A stretch of DNA of 63,462 nucleotides, counting the filler, from Choristocarpus tenellus KU-1152 (lineage: Eukaryota > Protista > Phaeophyceae): assembly GCA_964200185.2 (NCBI GenBank). It is 8 parts of 8 records of this genome, joined end to end, with 100 filler letters (N's around TTAATTAATTAA, not from the genome) between each part and the next. Parts side by side here need not be neighbours in the genome. Positions count along the whole stretch, not along the records: positions 1 to 3,377 come from CAXNAD020020437.1; positions 3,478 to 14,096 come from CAXNAD020002826.1; 6 more parts are not named here. One strand, given 5' to 3'. Below are positions 1 through 12,214 of the stretch, in pieces; the first letter of the stretch is position 1; each line of letters begins with the position of its first letter. A program made the translations under genes and the position numbers. The notes below the pieces were generated by a model. The model did no database searches and was not told the DNA's origin. It saw only the letters and a program-made list of their open reading frames with translations.

Positions 1-75
1 CACACCAAAAAATGAAAATGGAAAAAGGGTGAAAAACGGACGCCCGCACCCCCCCCCCCCCAGATACTTTGACCC
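1..75. mobile_element. Terminal fragment of Sola2-like MITE family B
   Basis: Ends in poly-C + AGATACTTTGACCC, the reverse complement of GGGTCAAAGTATCT. Shares the AAAGTATCT TIR core with family A. Confidence 0.6.
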
Positions 76-339
76 AGTTAAGTGTCTATATTTGCTTCTT
101 CACAATTGCAATGAATGTCATCATATTTTTTATTTTGTTCTTGCAACTCTTCGAGATTCTTCTATTACTCTTGGATTCAACTTACTATTTCTTTGATCCT
201 TCTCTAGTTCTTTCTTTTGGTTTGACTTCTCTTCCATTCAACATTCTTGGGGTTTTTTTACTCGTAGCTGTACGTCACACTCCTTCACTAGTATTCCGTT
301 TCTTTCGGTTGGGGTAGGGTGTTATGACATAGGATACGC

Positions 340-1487
340 ATTTGTTTTTCTTGATACGATACATTGGATTTATGACCCTGATCAGACTCAGCCCTACCCT
401 CTTAAATTCTTTGGGTCACTTCCTCTCCTTCTTCATCACCGCTTGCCATTCTCACGCATCAGGCCTCGCAAGCTCGTTTGATACATAGAAGATGGATCTT
501 GATGGTGGTCTGGAGTAGTCTTTGGCTGCCACACCCAACCAAGAAACAGTATGCATCATTGATGTTTCCCATGATTGCGTTGATTTTGTTGTCATCCAAG
601 TCTCTTCTCATCCCTGACAATAAACCTCTTTAGTCCACCTGGGGTTTTCGCCCAGTTTGGCGGATCTCCGTTTAGGATAGTTGTTCTCGAGTGCTGATGT
701 TGCTTGTGGGTTGGATTCTGTAACGTCACTGGTGTCCTTCATAGAACCCCTCTCAGATTCCCCGACAGTGTCGTACTCGTCTTGTTCCTCACACTCCGTC
801 CGAGAGATGTCCTCTTCCCCAACATAGTCCATGATGTGCTCCTCTGGTTTGAAGGTTACATGCGTCAAAGTAACTAGCTTGCCTTCCTAAAGAAGCCATA
901 CATGGCAGCATAGTGATGTGCGGTCATGTCCCATTATTAGCAATCCCCTCTCGGAATAGGAGTGGAACTTCATTGAAGCTCCCCACTGGTGTACATAACA
1001 CTCACTCCCCCAGGCTCTCAACTTGTTGTAGTTGAATGGCTTTCCTGCGAGTCGCTCGCAAGGTGTCATCCCCACCCAGGTACTGATGTGGCATCCCTCC
1101 AGTTCTGAATGCCACATCCATTATGGCAAAGAATCAGTACTCGTTGCCCAGTCCAGGTGGCTCCTTGATTAGTTGTTTTATGGACCATTCCGTGATCCTG
1201 TTGGTCTGGGGTGTATATGGTGGCGACTTCCTCCATCGAATCCCGTTGTTGATTATCATGTGTTGTTGGAATCGAACTGATTTCCCAAGTTCCTCAGCAC
1301 CATCTCCACTGGTGAACTTCACAACCACGTCTTCTCTAGCCATTTCATCGATGTAGCCAATAATGGCTGTGTCTATCGCTGCATCCCTGGTCTTCAAGTC
1401 GTAATTCCGTTTGTCCCTGCTGCTCCCGTCGGTAAATACTCGGAAGTGCTTGTGTCCCATGACGCCTAGTTTGAAGTGACCCGCCAG
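340..1487 (-). mobile_element. Degenerate Ty1/copia retrotransposon fragment (integrase, spacer, start of RT region)
   Basis: Frameshifted ORFs carry copia integrase motifs: FTDG..., SGDGAEEL, GIRWRKSPPYTPQTNRITE, GMTPCERLAGKPFNYNKLRAWGSECYVH, ERGLLIMGHD. Confidence 0.85.
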
Positions 1488-1703
1488 GTTGCGATTTTGA
1501 TTAATTCTGGCTACCGTATTTGTTAGCAAGTGTTAATATCCTTGCTCCAGACGCACGTTTCATTGTCGTACATATTTTACCTACTCCAAAATGTTTCTGT
1601 TGTTCACACGGAAAACCAAAAAACGGCATAAAAAACCCGTAGGAAGCCAAGGCCCGAACGGACAAACAGGGCAAAAATCCAACCCTCTTAAATACCTGGG
1701 GTC
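1488..1703 (+). mobile_element. Truncated, diverged copy of Sola2-like MITE family A
   Basis: Matches the interior and right end of 11151-11409 and 28027-28285 (gttgcgattttga...attttacctactccaaa...ggacaaacagggcaaaa). Confidence 0.75.
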
Positions 1704-3326
1704 AAAATAAATAACTACTGCTCTGCAACTTGCTGACATTTTGACCAAGTGATTACGGAAGAGGAAGGTAGAAGACTCCGTTGACATTGTATATTAACAA
1801 TTTTAATGTACTGTGTGATAGTCGAAGCAATCTGTGTTTTTGTACTTTCACTCTTCTCGTGGGAGAGTGAGTGCGCAGGATGGTAGACTGGGGAGGAACA
1901 ATAACCCAAGCCCCTGTCCTGGAGGTCCACTAATCTAGCAGCACACGACGCAGGATCGTGAGGAAGACACAACATGAGGTCACCTACATCCTGAACTGGA
2001 TCCATTTCGACTCCCTTCCAGACATAACGAACCAACCTTCCGGACCCAACTCGCCAACCATTTGGATGATGCAGAAGAACAGCGGAGGGAAAGTTGTTCG
2101 CCAGTCCTAGGCCGATACTGGAGCCAGTGTGGACAAGGGGCCAATGCATGGACCTCTACACCCCTGCAACCAGCACGTCAGATTCATTCCATAGAGTTTA
2201 GACTTGTTGCCAGCAGATCTCTAGGGAGGGAGGAGGCTCTATCCATCAGGTCCGTGGCGGTTGGGTGAAGGAGTCATAGTGTCCACAATCAACATGCTCA
2301 CACCTGCCCTAGGGTTGGAGGATTAAGTATACCAACACAAGCCAATGATGAAATACCTAGGCCAATTCTGCAAGGGAAGGGGCATCCCTTGCACTATGAG
2401 GATGGTAGTCCATTGACAGTGATCCAGAACCTTTGTGTGTGGATGTGATGTTCCATGCTGGGGCACTTGCTCACGCTGGTTCAGCTCCCTACTGGGACAA
2501 AGACCTTCTAGAATGTTACATTCACAGAAGTCCAAGCAGCTTCCCATCTGCCCGACTTATTCATCAATATTGGCGTAGCTATTGCTTTAGCTGAGGCGTG
2601 AAAGCAAATCCACTTCCCTTGTAGTTCTAATCTCAATGGAAAGTTTTGAGCACCTTGGAAAAAGCTAGCAGAAATTTTCTTGGATGAGTTTGTCACACAT
2701 GCAGTCGGGGGGGAGAGGTGTGGGAAGATAAAGTAGAAAAGGGGTTGTCAAGTCCCGTTCGAGACAGTGTCTGTCACTGTGCAAGTGTTACGGCGTGTGC
2801 CACCCAGAACTCACCTCCACAGGATATGCAACTCAAATCCAACGATCTTAAAATGACGCTACGCGGGGGTTCACAGATGATGACCACGTATGGTGTCAGA
2901 TGATGCTTAGCTCAGTCAATGTCTCACTTTTCGCTTTATCAAAAGAGGGTAAGGATCAAAGAACTGAGTCGTGTGGTTACCAACTCAGCCTTTTAATAAC
3001 ATCATTCACCGTTTTTCTACAGCCAAGGAGTTAAATGAAGTCTGCTAACTGCTGTGCAAATACTCCAATCATTAATCTTTATTCTGCAACTTTCAGGAAT
3101 TGACATCTATTCTGTAGGATTATGTATGCATTTCGTATCTTAATCTGTATCTTTCATCATTTCAAAGTTCCTCTTATCTGAATTCTTACGTATGTATACT
3201 GTTCGCACATTTTGGCACGCAGAAAGAAATGCTCGTGCTATTCGCCTGTAACATGATGCCCCCCAGCGTGAACTAGCAATACATGTTTCACGCTTACCAC
3301 AGGCGATTGTCACCGGTGAAGGTAAT

Positions 3327-3377
3327 GAGTGAAAGTATCTTAGAGGGTACGAGTTTTGCCCTGTTTGTCCATTTGGG
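3327..3377 (-). mobile_element. Sola2-like MITE family A end, cut by an assembly gap
   Basis: GAGTGAAAGTATCTTAGAGGGTACGAGTTTTGCCCTGTTTGTCCATTTGGG is the reverse complement of the right end of 28027-28285. Confidence 0.85.
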
Positions 3378-3477
3378 NNNNNNNNNNNNNNNNNNNNNNN
3401 NNNNNNNNNNNNNNNNNNNNNTTAATTAATTAANNNNNNNNNNNNNNNNNNNNNNNNNNNNNNNNNNNNNNNNNNNN
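3378..3477. other. Artificial contig spacer (44 N + TTAATTAATTAA + 44 N)
   Basis: The same 100-bp spacer recurs at 14097-14196, 20220-20319, 23797-23896, 30353-30452, 33554-33653 and 59258-59357. The 12-mer gives stops in all six frames. Confidence 0.97.
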
Positions 3478-3577
3478 TATCCATCTGACGTATGCAAACC
3501 AAATCAACAAAAAATCGCGACATGAAAAAATTGACCCCAAATGGACCGCCGCCACCCCCTCCGAGATACTTTGAGCC
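3478..3577 (-). mobile_element. Sola2-like MITE family B end
   Basis: Its reverse complement aligns with 13856-13955 (GGCTCAAAGTATCT.GGAGGGGGTGGC...CATGTCGCGA...GTCAGATGGATA). Confidence 0.75.
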
Positions 3578-4672
3578 GGTAAGGCCATGATTGAGGAGGA
3601 ACCAAGTGGGGATGTTTAATAGAGCTGACCCTGCGACTTGACATGCATTGTACAGCATTGAGAGTAGGTATGAAAGGGGTTGCATATTGGTAGGGTGCTG
3701 ATGTACTTCTCCCTTCTCTGAAGCCTTTGTTCAACCTTACAAAAAACTCAGGGCCCAACCCCCCAGATCATCCACGTTAGGACGGATTTTTTGAGCATCC
3801 ACAGTTTCCACCTACATCTGAATTGGACTAACCCCTTTCGTCAACACGGTAATAATTGTGCGGATGAAAGATAGCTGATGAACTCGGAGAGTCTTACATA
3901 GGAAACCGAACTACCACTGGATACCCCAAGTAGCCAAGACGAGTGGCTACTGGGACTCTATGAATATATATGACGCCGGACAGGGTATGTATCCCTGCAG
4001 CAGTAACGAAAATAGATGGAAAGGACAAGGTCATAAAGCGTTGGATGTCAATTCTGAGTGTTTCTCGCAACACCTATGATGGGCAAAAGGCTAACCCTAG
4101 AACTCCAACACAACCTTCCCTTACGCTTAGATGCTCCTGTGAATTTGCTGTCGCACTCAAGTTTCAGTCAGAGCATTTCAACTAGCTTCAAGAGCAGTTC
4201 ATGCACCATGCAATAAAGTCGCCTGAAAATGCCACTCGGTCGGTTGATCTCAATAATTCAATGCGTTTCTCACAGTTGATGCATTTCCGCTATATACACT
4301 TTCCCCCAACCGAAGGATGTTCCAGTGTAATCCAGTGTTGCGAGCAACACTGAGAGGCTCCTATCCTTAAACACACTCAAAAATACTTTTATCGGAGTTG
4401 CCTTCTCAGTGTTCAGCTTAGTGAGAGGTGTATGAATGGCCATGCTTCTTTGGGTGCTTAGCCTAGAGAGGTGTGTATGATTGGCCTATGCTCAACCCGA
4501 ACTAGCCTGTCATAAAAATTATTCAGTCCATAGGGTAAAGTATGGGCAAGGATAGCAGAGGGTACAATCCGTGGTGCTTCCGTTACGCAAAATAATAAGA
4601 GGACTCTAACTTCAAACAAGGGAGGAAACACAGTGTCGAATAACCTAGTGTTATCCTTACGTTAGCTGTATA

Positions 4673-5028
4673 CATGGTTCCATTCCACTTGAAAGTGCTT
4701 CTGTCATAAACCATCGCCTAAGAGTTGTTGTAGTATAGCTCTTCTTTGAAATCCACAGACCAACGCTGCACAGCCCCCAGCCTGCATGCGCCATGGGAGG
4801 GGTGGGATGGCCGACGCTTTTTGACTTTGCACATGTTCAGGGGAGCCACAGGGAGCGTCTAAAGCGTTGATTTCGAGAGTTTCATGTGGGGCAAAGGCTA
4901 GATGCTATGGATCCATCTGGGGAGTGGATAGCAGCAAAGGTGCTGTGGATTTCAAAGAAGAGCTATGCTACAACAACTCTTAGGTGATGGTTTATGACAG
5001 AAGTACTTTCAAGTGGAACTGGAGCCTG
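4673..5028. mobile_element. MITE with ~86-bp terminal inverted repeats and TA target-site duplication (Tc1/mariner-type non-autonomous element)
   Basis: 4673-4758 and 4943-5028 are near-perfect reverse complements. TA flanks both ends (4671-72, 5029-30). Confidence 0.85.
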
Positions 5029-7624
5029 TAGGTTTGTAAAGGCAGCAACTACTTGGTTTTGTATGGTATGTACATTAGAGGGATCCAAAGTTGGGGTGCT
5101 GGTGGATTTTATATTTTTCAGGATTTTATGTACAAGAATACGTAAGCGCGATGTCAAGGCTACACGTCAGGACGAGAGCCAGTACTAGTAACCTACAGGC
5201 ATGGATAGAAGGACAGGAATTTCTTGGCTTATGTGTACAGAGGCATTGTTCCAATGTGCGTACCTGAGAGAGCTGTCAGTGCTTGTAATAAGGTTTGCTA
5301 GGTAATACGCGCTACGTTCGTAAGAGGATCGGTGCTGGTTAGGTGCAGACAGACAGAGAGACAGAAAGATGGGTGGGCAGGAACAAATTGATTTTACACG
5401 CTACGTACTTGAGAGGGTTCAAAATCTAAAGCATTTGTAAAGCGTCGTATTGGGAAGTAACATGCGCGAGCGCGCGGAAGACATTACGCGCGATGAAGAG
5501 AGCTCATACTTATAACGAGGTGAAGTTGTAGTAAGCATTCATTGTAAGGTGTATGGGTTGTGTATAATAATAGGACTCTAACTTCAAACAAACAAGTTGA
5601 AAAGAGGAAGAACAGCTCTACAGAATGCAAGGAAAGACAGGATTTACTTGGTCTTATACAATGATACATGCATGCATGGGAGGGACCCAAAGAGCTGAAA
5701 CTGGCGAGTTTTGTCTTCTTCAGATTTTCTTGTAATTACGCGCGAGCGAGCGGTCGAGTCTACAGAAATAGGTGAGATTCATTACTGATACATATTCGGA
5801 GGCGTTATCAGCAACGTACAGTATTGGAAACGTATAGATAGACAAGATATATTAAACATATGGACAGGTATCACTTGGTTTTGCATGGTACATACTTGAG
5901 AGTGACCGGAATTGGGGAAAAACATTTTGAATCCAATTTCACACATGTAGAAAGAAGGCTTAGAAGGCGTTAATTTGTTTACAACTGCTACAATTCACCC
6001 AATACAATCAACCCCAAAAAATGTGAATGTATGTATTTTTTTTAATGATGTAAACAACAATGGACATTGATGTATAAGACTGTTGGGAGTTGTAACCATA
6101 AGAAAAAAACAACAGATATTGTCAATTCAGAGTTCTTTTGACATCGTGATTGAATGTTGACGTTGTAGCCATCATTTCATCACTTTATAAAACTGTTAAT
6201 AGTAGCAGCAGCGCTTCCTATTCCAACCAATAATAATTGAGGACATGGATAACGTATGTGGGGAAGAGAGAGTGGAGGTAAATGTACCACACACATTCGC
6301 ACACAATCAACGACGTAGTGGCAACAATAATAGTGGAAGAGACAAACTGCACACATTTTCAATCCTTCTCTACTTCAACGCCCTCAAGAATGACACATAC
6401 ATAAACAACAGGTTCGCATATCACACACGACACCATACCAGATGTCAGTTGAGCCTTGTTTGGCTGGGCTCCCCACCATCAACAAATTTCTGTGGCAATA
6501 GAAAATGCCGACTTTGTTTCAACCCCACAAAATGTTTTTGAATACCCTGAAAATTTCTATTTCTTAAAATCTCGCCCCAGTCTTCAATATCTCACTTGGA
6601 CTTTGATATTTATCTGTCCTGAATCAAACCAGAAAAATATATTCAGAAGAAGTTGAACCTTCCCTTGTTATAGAATCATCCTTTCTATGGAATGATCTTG
6701 TGAAGGTAATTCAAATTTTGTGAACTGTACATTTAGTCGGGAGAGTGAATCCCAGGATGATTTTGAATGTATCCCAGTAGTAGTAGCGTGAAGTCATATT
6801 TTGAAATGATTGGGTTGGGGTTACAGGCTTACAGTGCCCAAACGACTGGTTTACGGAAGAGAATATTGTGGCTGAGCATGCGATCGGCTGATGATACGTG
6901 CTGTCGAATCTGAGAATGTGGTATCCGTCCTTGTGAGTGTGTGATGGTATGAAGTGACTAGTAGAGGGTATAGGTTGATTCCGATGAGTGATAAAGGACA
7001 ATCCAGAAGTCTGCAAAGAAAAGCATGAATCTTTGGTTTACTTACCTTATGTAGATGAGCCATTCTTTGATAAGCTAAGGAATGTCATATGTTCCCCTTG
7101 GGAAAAGTAAAATTCAGAATCAAACCCATAGCTACGCATATCAATCAATCTTTGCCCTGGTAATTTATCACCTCTGTCTCAGCCACTGCCATCTATGCTC
7201 AGTAGGTGGATTGTTGTGTAACCTCAATATTTAATCATGTCTCACTAGTATGTTGAATGACTCCTATACTTCAATAATACACAATAATAGCTCAAGTTCA
7301 ATAGACTGAGATACCACAACAACGACAATTATCTGCACAAGATAGGGAGGGAGTGGATGCATAGTCGAGTTCAATAGTGAGATATACTACTTGAAATAGT
7401 TGTCGAGTCAAATAGGTACTCACCGAAAAACGTACATTGAAGACTTGATCCTATTGTAATGTCAGCTACGGAGGGTAATTGAATTGGGAGACAAGTCAAC
7501 TCCGCTACTTTTTTCCCTCTCTCACTCTTTTACCTGGGCAAATAAATTCCCAAAAATGTCTACACAAAGACTGCAATAGAACGGTAGTAGATTGATGACT
7601 GATTTTTTTGTAGGTTAATTTACT

Positions 7625-7628
<4 letters not shown>

Positions 7629-7664
<36 letters not shown>
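7629..7664. repeat. (CA)n microsatellite
   Basis: About 18 CA units read directly. Confidence 0.95.
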
Positions 7665-7667
<3 letters not shown>

Positions 7668-8218
7668 CCTTCGCCCTTTCCTCTTGTTTCACCTGATTCA
7701 TTACATCAGCATAATGTCGTGCATCGCCGCACAGATGCGTGTAGTCACACGTCTTGAAAAATACTACTTAATACAATACTGCTAAGCAGTAGGTCGGGAA
7801 ACATCAGTGTCCACATCAAGGAGAGAAGAATTCCCAAACATCCACCTCATGGTCTCCCTTCTAAGCATACCTATTGACCCCGTTTCTTAAGCACCCACAA
7901 CAAGGAGAGGCATTTCACAATCATCAGCCTCACCGTCTCCCTTCCATATATATATATATATATGTCAATTCCTTTTCTGATCTCTCGCAACATGTACTTT
8001 CTCCCCCCTTCAATGTATGTACTCTACTTCGGCACATACATTTGCTCGAGAAACCAAGGTGATGAGCGAGGTCATATCACGTCAGCAGTGCCGAAGAAAG
8101 TATCCTCACTCATCGTACGCACTAACATTCACAATCCTTCCGCCATGCCCAGTTGTCATCTATGGCCGTATCTCTTCTTCACCCCAACACCCAAAGTAAA
8201 ACGCCTGCCTTACTCAAG

Positions 8219-9172
8219 TTAGGCATTATTTCTTTTTAAGCCTTCCATCGGCTGCCAGCAAACCAATAAAGCCTCTGCAATCACAGCCAAGAACATGCAA
8301 CAGTTCGACACGATAAGAACAATAGAAAACACGTCTTGACTGGCCCCATTTTCATCAGACACGTCCACCTTCAGCAGCAGTGCCACATACATGCTTGACA
8401 GCACCACAAAGTGACCAACCCTAGAGAGCCACGCATCGCTTTCCTTTTGATATGGCCTCAACACTTCTGTTAGCCAGAGGAACCCCAGAGCAAGAAAAAA
8501 TGTTATGGCGACCTGTGCTGCACTGTTGGGATAAATAAAGACAACTACACCAGTGAGCATAATCCTTCGTACTGATTCCACCACCTCGTAATAATATTGG
8601 TCTGGTTTGTACGACTGCCACAGGTCGGCTAATGGTTCAAGTTGAGGATTTTCTTCTCTGAAGGTGACGTCCAGTAACTCTTCCCTGTTCCTGAAGAGGA
8701 GGACACCGTACACTAGGGGAATGCCCAAGGGATAGACCACCATCATAACAGCTGCATACACCTGAAGGTGATGGTGCTTGGGAGAATTACAACGTAGTCT
8801 GTAGTCCGCCCGAAGGTAGTTCCCACCATCATCAAGTTTGTCACAGGCAAACATCCGAAATATCGTGGCAGACACAGAGGAATATACGAGAAACATCACA
8901 AGGAGTGCCATTGACATGTGCTTACGCCCAATTGTTGTCACAGCTTCCTTTGTGCCTCCCCTGTTCCTCCACATGGCCAACATGTACGTGATCCTCAGTA
9001 TGCCCAGAACGACCAGAGGGCTTAAAGTCGAGAGCAATAGTTTGTCGTGAAAGTCAGTGACCACAATGCATCCGGCAGAGAGCATCCAGTCAAAATCCAG
9101 ATTGATCCAGCTCAGGGCATCCAGGAAGTGGTCGTACAGCTTTGGGTACGTCACATTTACTGCCGAGGAAAA
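8219..9172 (-). CDS. Last exon of polymorphic outer membrane protein-like (PMP/adhesin-like) gene; multi-pass TM domain
   Basis: CAG acceptor, then FSSAVNVTYPKLY...MFACD...YLRADYRLRC...YPLGIP...YYEVVESVRRIMLTG...RPY to a TAA stop. Several hydrophobic helices typical of this stramenopile family. Confidence 0.9.
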   Translation of the reverse strand, partial: FSSAVNVTYPKLYDHFLDALSWINLDFDWMLSAGCIVVTDFHDKLLLSTLSPLVVLGILRITYMLAMWRNRGGTKEAVTTIGRKHMSMALLVMFLVYSSVSATIFRMFACDKLDDGGNYLRADYRLRCNSPKHHHLQVYAAVMMVVYPLGIPLVYGVLLFRNREELLDVTFREENPQLEPLADLWQSYKPDQYYYEVVESVRRIMLTGVVVFIYPNSAAQVAITFFLALGFLWLTEVLRPYQKESDAWLSRVGHFVVLSSMYVALLLKVDVSDENGASQDVFSIVLIVSNCCMFLAVIAEALLVCWQPMEGLKRNNA

Positions 9173-9847
9173 CTGACAGGCGATAAGGGTGGAATTATGA
9201 TTGTGGTAGGGTCAAGATAAGCTAAATGATCAATAGGTATAATTTTCTAGGATGTTTATATGGATAAATCGTTGAGCTGCACAATTGGAGTTTGCTATCA
9301 ACAAAACTTAACGCTTAAGGCCCTTCGTGCCATGCTCTATTTCGTTCTTCACGAGGGGGTGCATTGGACAAGTAGAATCAAGACCATGAATGAAGAAGCG
9401 TGAGTACTCTGGAAAACTGCATTGGTTCTTGGACGCTAGAGGTATCTTCCAAGTTTGTGGGATTCTTTGCTGCAAAGAAATGGAGTGAAATGTTCGGCAG
9501 TTGGACAATATAATAATAACGATACACGGTTATTGTGGACACTGTTTGGAGTTTCTCAAGCCCTCTTCCAAGACCTCAGGTTCTAAAACCAGTGCATATG
9601 TCCAAACCGGTAGACTATGATTAGAGCTATAGACACACCACAATGATCCCTACTTATATATAATATGATGACAGGAACAGATTGCAGAGAGTAATACTGG
9701 ACGAGATCGGTGCAGTACAAAGAACTAGAGTTTCTGTGACCCACATTCCTTGAAAGCAAAGAGGCCGTGAAGTGGGACATAGACTTATCCCATTATATGT
9801 TCTCAGATGCAGACACGCAGACAACCCTGGTTACCACATTGTTATAC

Positions 9848-10113
9848 CTGAGTAACAATTTGCAGTGCAATGATTACAATCTTGAAAGCTTGAAGGGGAA
9901 GAGCTTCTTTCAGTCGGCTGAACCAGGTTGTAGAAGTAGCTCCTGATGCCTCAACAACAGAGATGAGGTCTGCAAAGACAACAAAGACAGCGAGACAAAC
10001 CACCACAAGCAGTACAATGACGATGCCAAATGCCAGCCGACTCCGGGAGTCTGAGCATGACGCACAACTTGAGGCTAACCCCTGGGTATATCCATCTTGG
10101 CAGACAGCACAGT
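9848..10113 (-). CDS. PMP-like gene exon (Cys-rich linker and first TM helices)
   Basis: AAG acceptor and GT donor; YCAVCQDGYTQGLASSCASC...FKIVIIALQIVTQ; phases match the neighbouring exons. Confidence 0.88.
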
Positions 10114-10283
10114 CTTCAGGAGGAAACAGATGTGCAGGGTTAAAATAGCATTGTTAAAATGATTATAGTAGAAAGGTGACAACAGACAACCGTCGGGGAG
10201 AAATGAGTATTATGGCAAAACTTGAAGTCACTATTTTCCTCAGGTAATAAAAAACGAAGAATCTTCAAGACAGTACATCTCAC

Positions 10284-10542
10284 ATGGTCCTGTGTACCCA
10301 TCTATAGAGCAGTAGTCAGACACACCACCCACGCAGGCTTCCTTGTAGTAACATTCAAGAATAGTATCGCTCTGGTTTGAAGTACGCCAATACCCCTTCT
10401 CCAGGGAAAGCGTCTCCAACGTACCATCCACCTCTGTGCTGCTTGTATGCTCATACACTTGATTGCAAACAGGCACACTTGAGTTGTCTTGTATCCAACA
10501 AGATGGACATGAAGTACATTTGTCGCAGATCACAGTGTATCG
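10284..10542 (-). CDS. PMP-like gene exon (Cys-rich stalk)
   Basis: ...CDKCTSCPSC...LETLSLEKGYWRTS...CYYKEACVGG...GYTGP; GTGAG donor at 10283. The acceptor position is uncertain (an in-phase AAG was assumed). Confidence 0.8.
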
Positions 10543-11150
10543 CTTCCCCGTATGTAGGAAAGTCAGGGGAAGAAAGGTGAGGTATCTTATGATGTGAGAA
10601 AGCTTAACCTTAACCAAATGTTTGAAGCAGCAGCCATCTGATCTTAACCTCACTTTGTACCCCCACATGACAGCAAGTGGGAAGATAGTCCTTTGTCTCC
10701 TATAGGCGAGACATGCTCCATCCACAATAAACACGCTAGCACTCTATAGTTATTTCTGTACTGATTATCCATGAATGATCCAGAGAAAACAACAAGCCCA
10801 GCACTATGAAACTAAGGTTCATCTGATATTCATGGCCTAGGGCAAGAGCAGATACACATGATCGCACATACTTCGAAGTAGGGCAGAGCTGTGGAGGTAA
10901 GAGTCACAATTCATTTAATAGTTTCATCTCGGAACTACTACTTCGCCGACAAAGGGAGTACTGGTGTTACACTTTTTCGAAAATGTGGTTGTAGATGCAC
11001 ACTCTCACGGTGTTCTCCGTGCTATCTGGACATAAGTTGTGAAGTAGATTGAATTCCTCAACATTACTCATGATGTGCATATATGTAGACCATCAAAGAC
11101 AAACGGTACTTCTTTTTTTTTCAACCTGTAATCATTTGCACGCAAGAGGA

Positions 11151-11409
11151 GAGCCGAAGTACCTTCGAGGGTAGGGCCGCGTCCATTTGGGCACCAAAAT
11201 CCAATGTTGCGATTTGGATGTAATTTTGGTTGTCGTGTTTGTTAGGAAGTGTCAATATCCTTGTTCCGGACACACCTCTTCATAACGTATACATTTTACC
11301 TACTCCAAAACATTTTGGAGTGGGAAAATGTCATAGAAAAACCTACGGGAAGCCAAGCCCCATATGGACAAACACGGCAAAACTTGTACCCTCCAAGATA
11401 CTTTAACTC
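11151..11409 (+). mobile_element. Full-length Sola2-like MITE family A (259 bp), intronic
   Basis: GAG...CTC termini, ~23-bp imperfect TIRs, 4-bp TSD AGGA (11147-50, 11410-13). Confidence 0.9.
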
Positions 11410-11444
11410 AGGAGAGACTGCATCTTCAGCATAGCTCAACTCAC

Positions 11445-11653
11445 CTCAATATCAACTTCGCTTGAGTGTTGGTAGTCCAGAAACTCCCCTTCACCACAAA
11501 AGAGGGTGTTCCCATCAAAGTCATTCAAGTGCATTGTTTCAACCGACCCGAGGTCAGAGATGGCTGGTCCCACACCCGCCTTGTTGTGTAAGAAAATTGA
11601 CCTCTGGATATACTGCATAGATCCAGCCTGCATCATGGCACCACCTGATAACC
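11445..11653 (-). CDS. PMP-like gene exon (last PMP repeats)
   Basis: CAG acceptor, GTGA donor; GLSGGAM...IFLHNKAGVGPAI...FDGNTLFC. Confidence 0.85.
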
Positions 11654-11800
11654 CTGCAGGCAGACAAAATGCTCTCAGCAACTATTCATACACACAAAAA
11701 AATATTAGACACAAAAGATCACAAGGCAATACAATATTTTCAACGACAGCACACAAACTCCCAAGATCTACAGTCATCGGACAACACTACCAATTTTCAC

Positions 11801-12214
11801 CTGCTTCATTGCCCAAAAATGTGCACCGTTGAACGTTTGTGTAGCCTGCACTCAACAGGACACCGCCACCTTCTTCTCCAGCAATATTTTGTATGAAGCT
11901 ACAATCATCAAGCATTCCAGGCTCATCGATGGACCCCGTGGAGAACAAGGCTACTGCCCCCCCGCCTGACCTTGCTTGGTTTGAAGTGAAGGTACAGTTT
12001 GCAACAGAGGCAGTGGATGCTGCTGATGTCATGATGGCGCCCCCAAATTCAGCAATGTTATTTGCGAAGCTTGCTCCTTCCACGACAATATTTCCTCCTG
12101 TGTGAGTAGCGATAGCTCCTCCCTTGTACAGAGCTCTGTTGGTGGTGAACGAGGCACTGCCACTCAAGAATATTCCCGAATCAGATTGTCCACCAAGTGC
12201 ACCCCCAAACAAGC
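11801..12214 (-). CDS. PMP-like gene exon (tandem GGA(I/L/V) / FxxN Chlamydia-PMP-type beta-helix repeats); upstream exons not located
   Basis: 414-bp phase 1-1 exon with GGAL, FTTNRA..GGAI, FANNIA..GGAI, FTSNQA..GGAV, FIQNIA..GGGV, FLGNEA. Confidence 0.9.

Noticed and set aside
1488-1529. Start of ORF 1134-1529 as a real N-terminus
   Set aside because: These bases belong to the adjacent MITE; the integrase is simply truncated.
2890-2902. tRNA-Met primer-binding-site-like TGGTGTCAGA
   Set aside because: No recognisable LTR end or gag ORF around it.
3422-3433. Palindromic TTAATTAATTAA repeated seven times in the window
   Set aside because: It is always centred in identical N padding, so it is an assembly linker with six-frame stops. 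Sequences on either side (e.g. MITE A vs MITE B at 3378) do not continue across it.
7904-7932. Hammerhead-like CTGATGA-N4-GAAA on the minus strand
   Set aside because: There is no stem III or NUH cleavage triplet, only a 5-bp hairpin.
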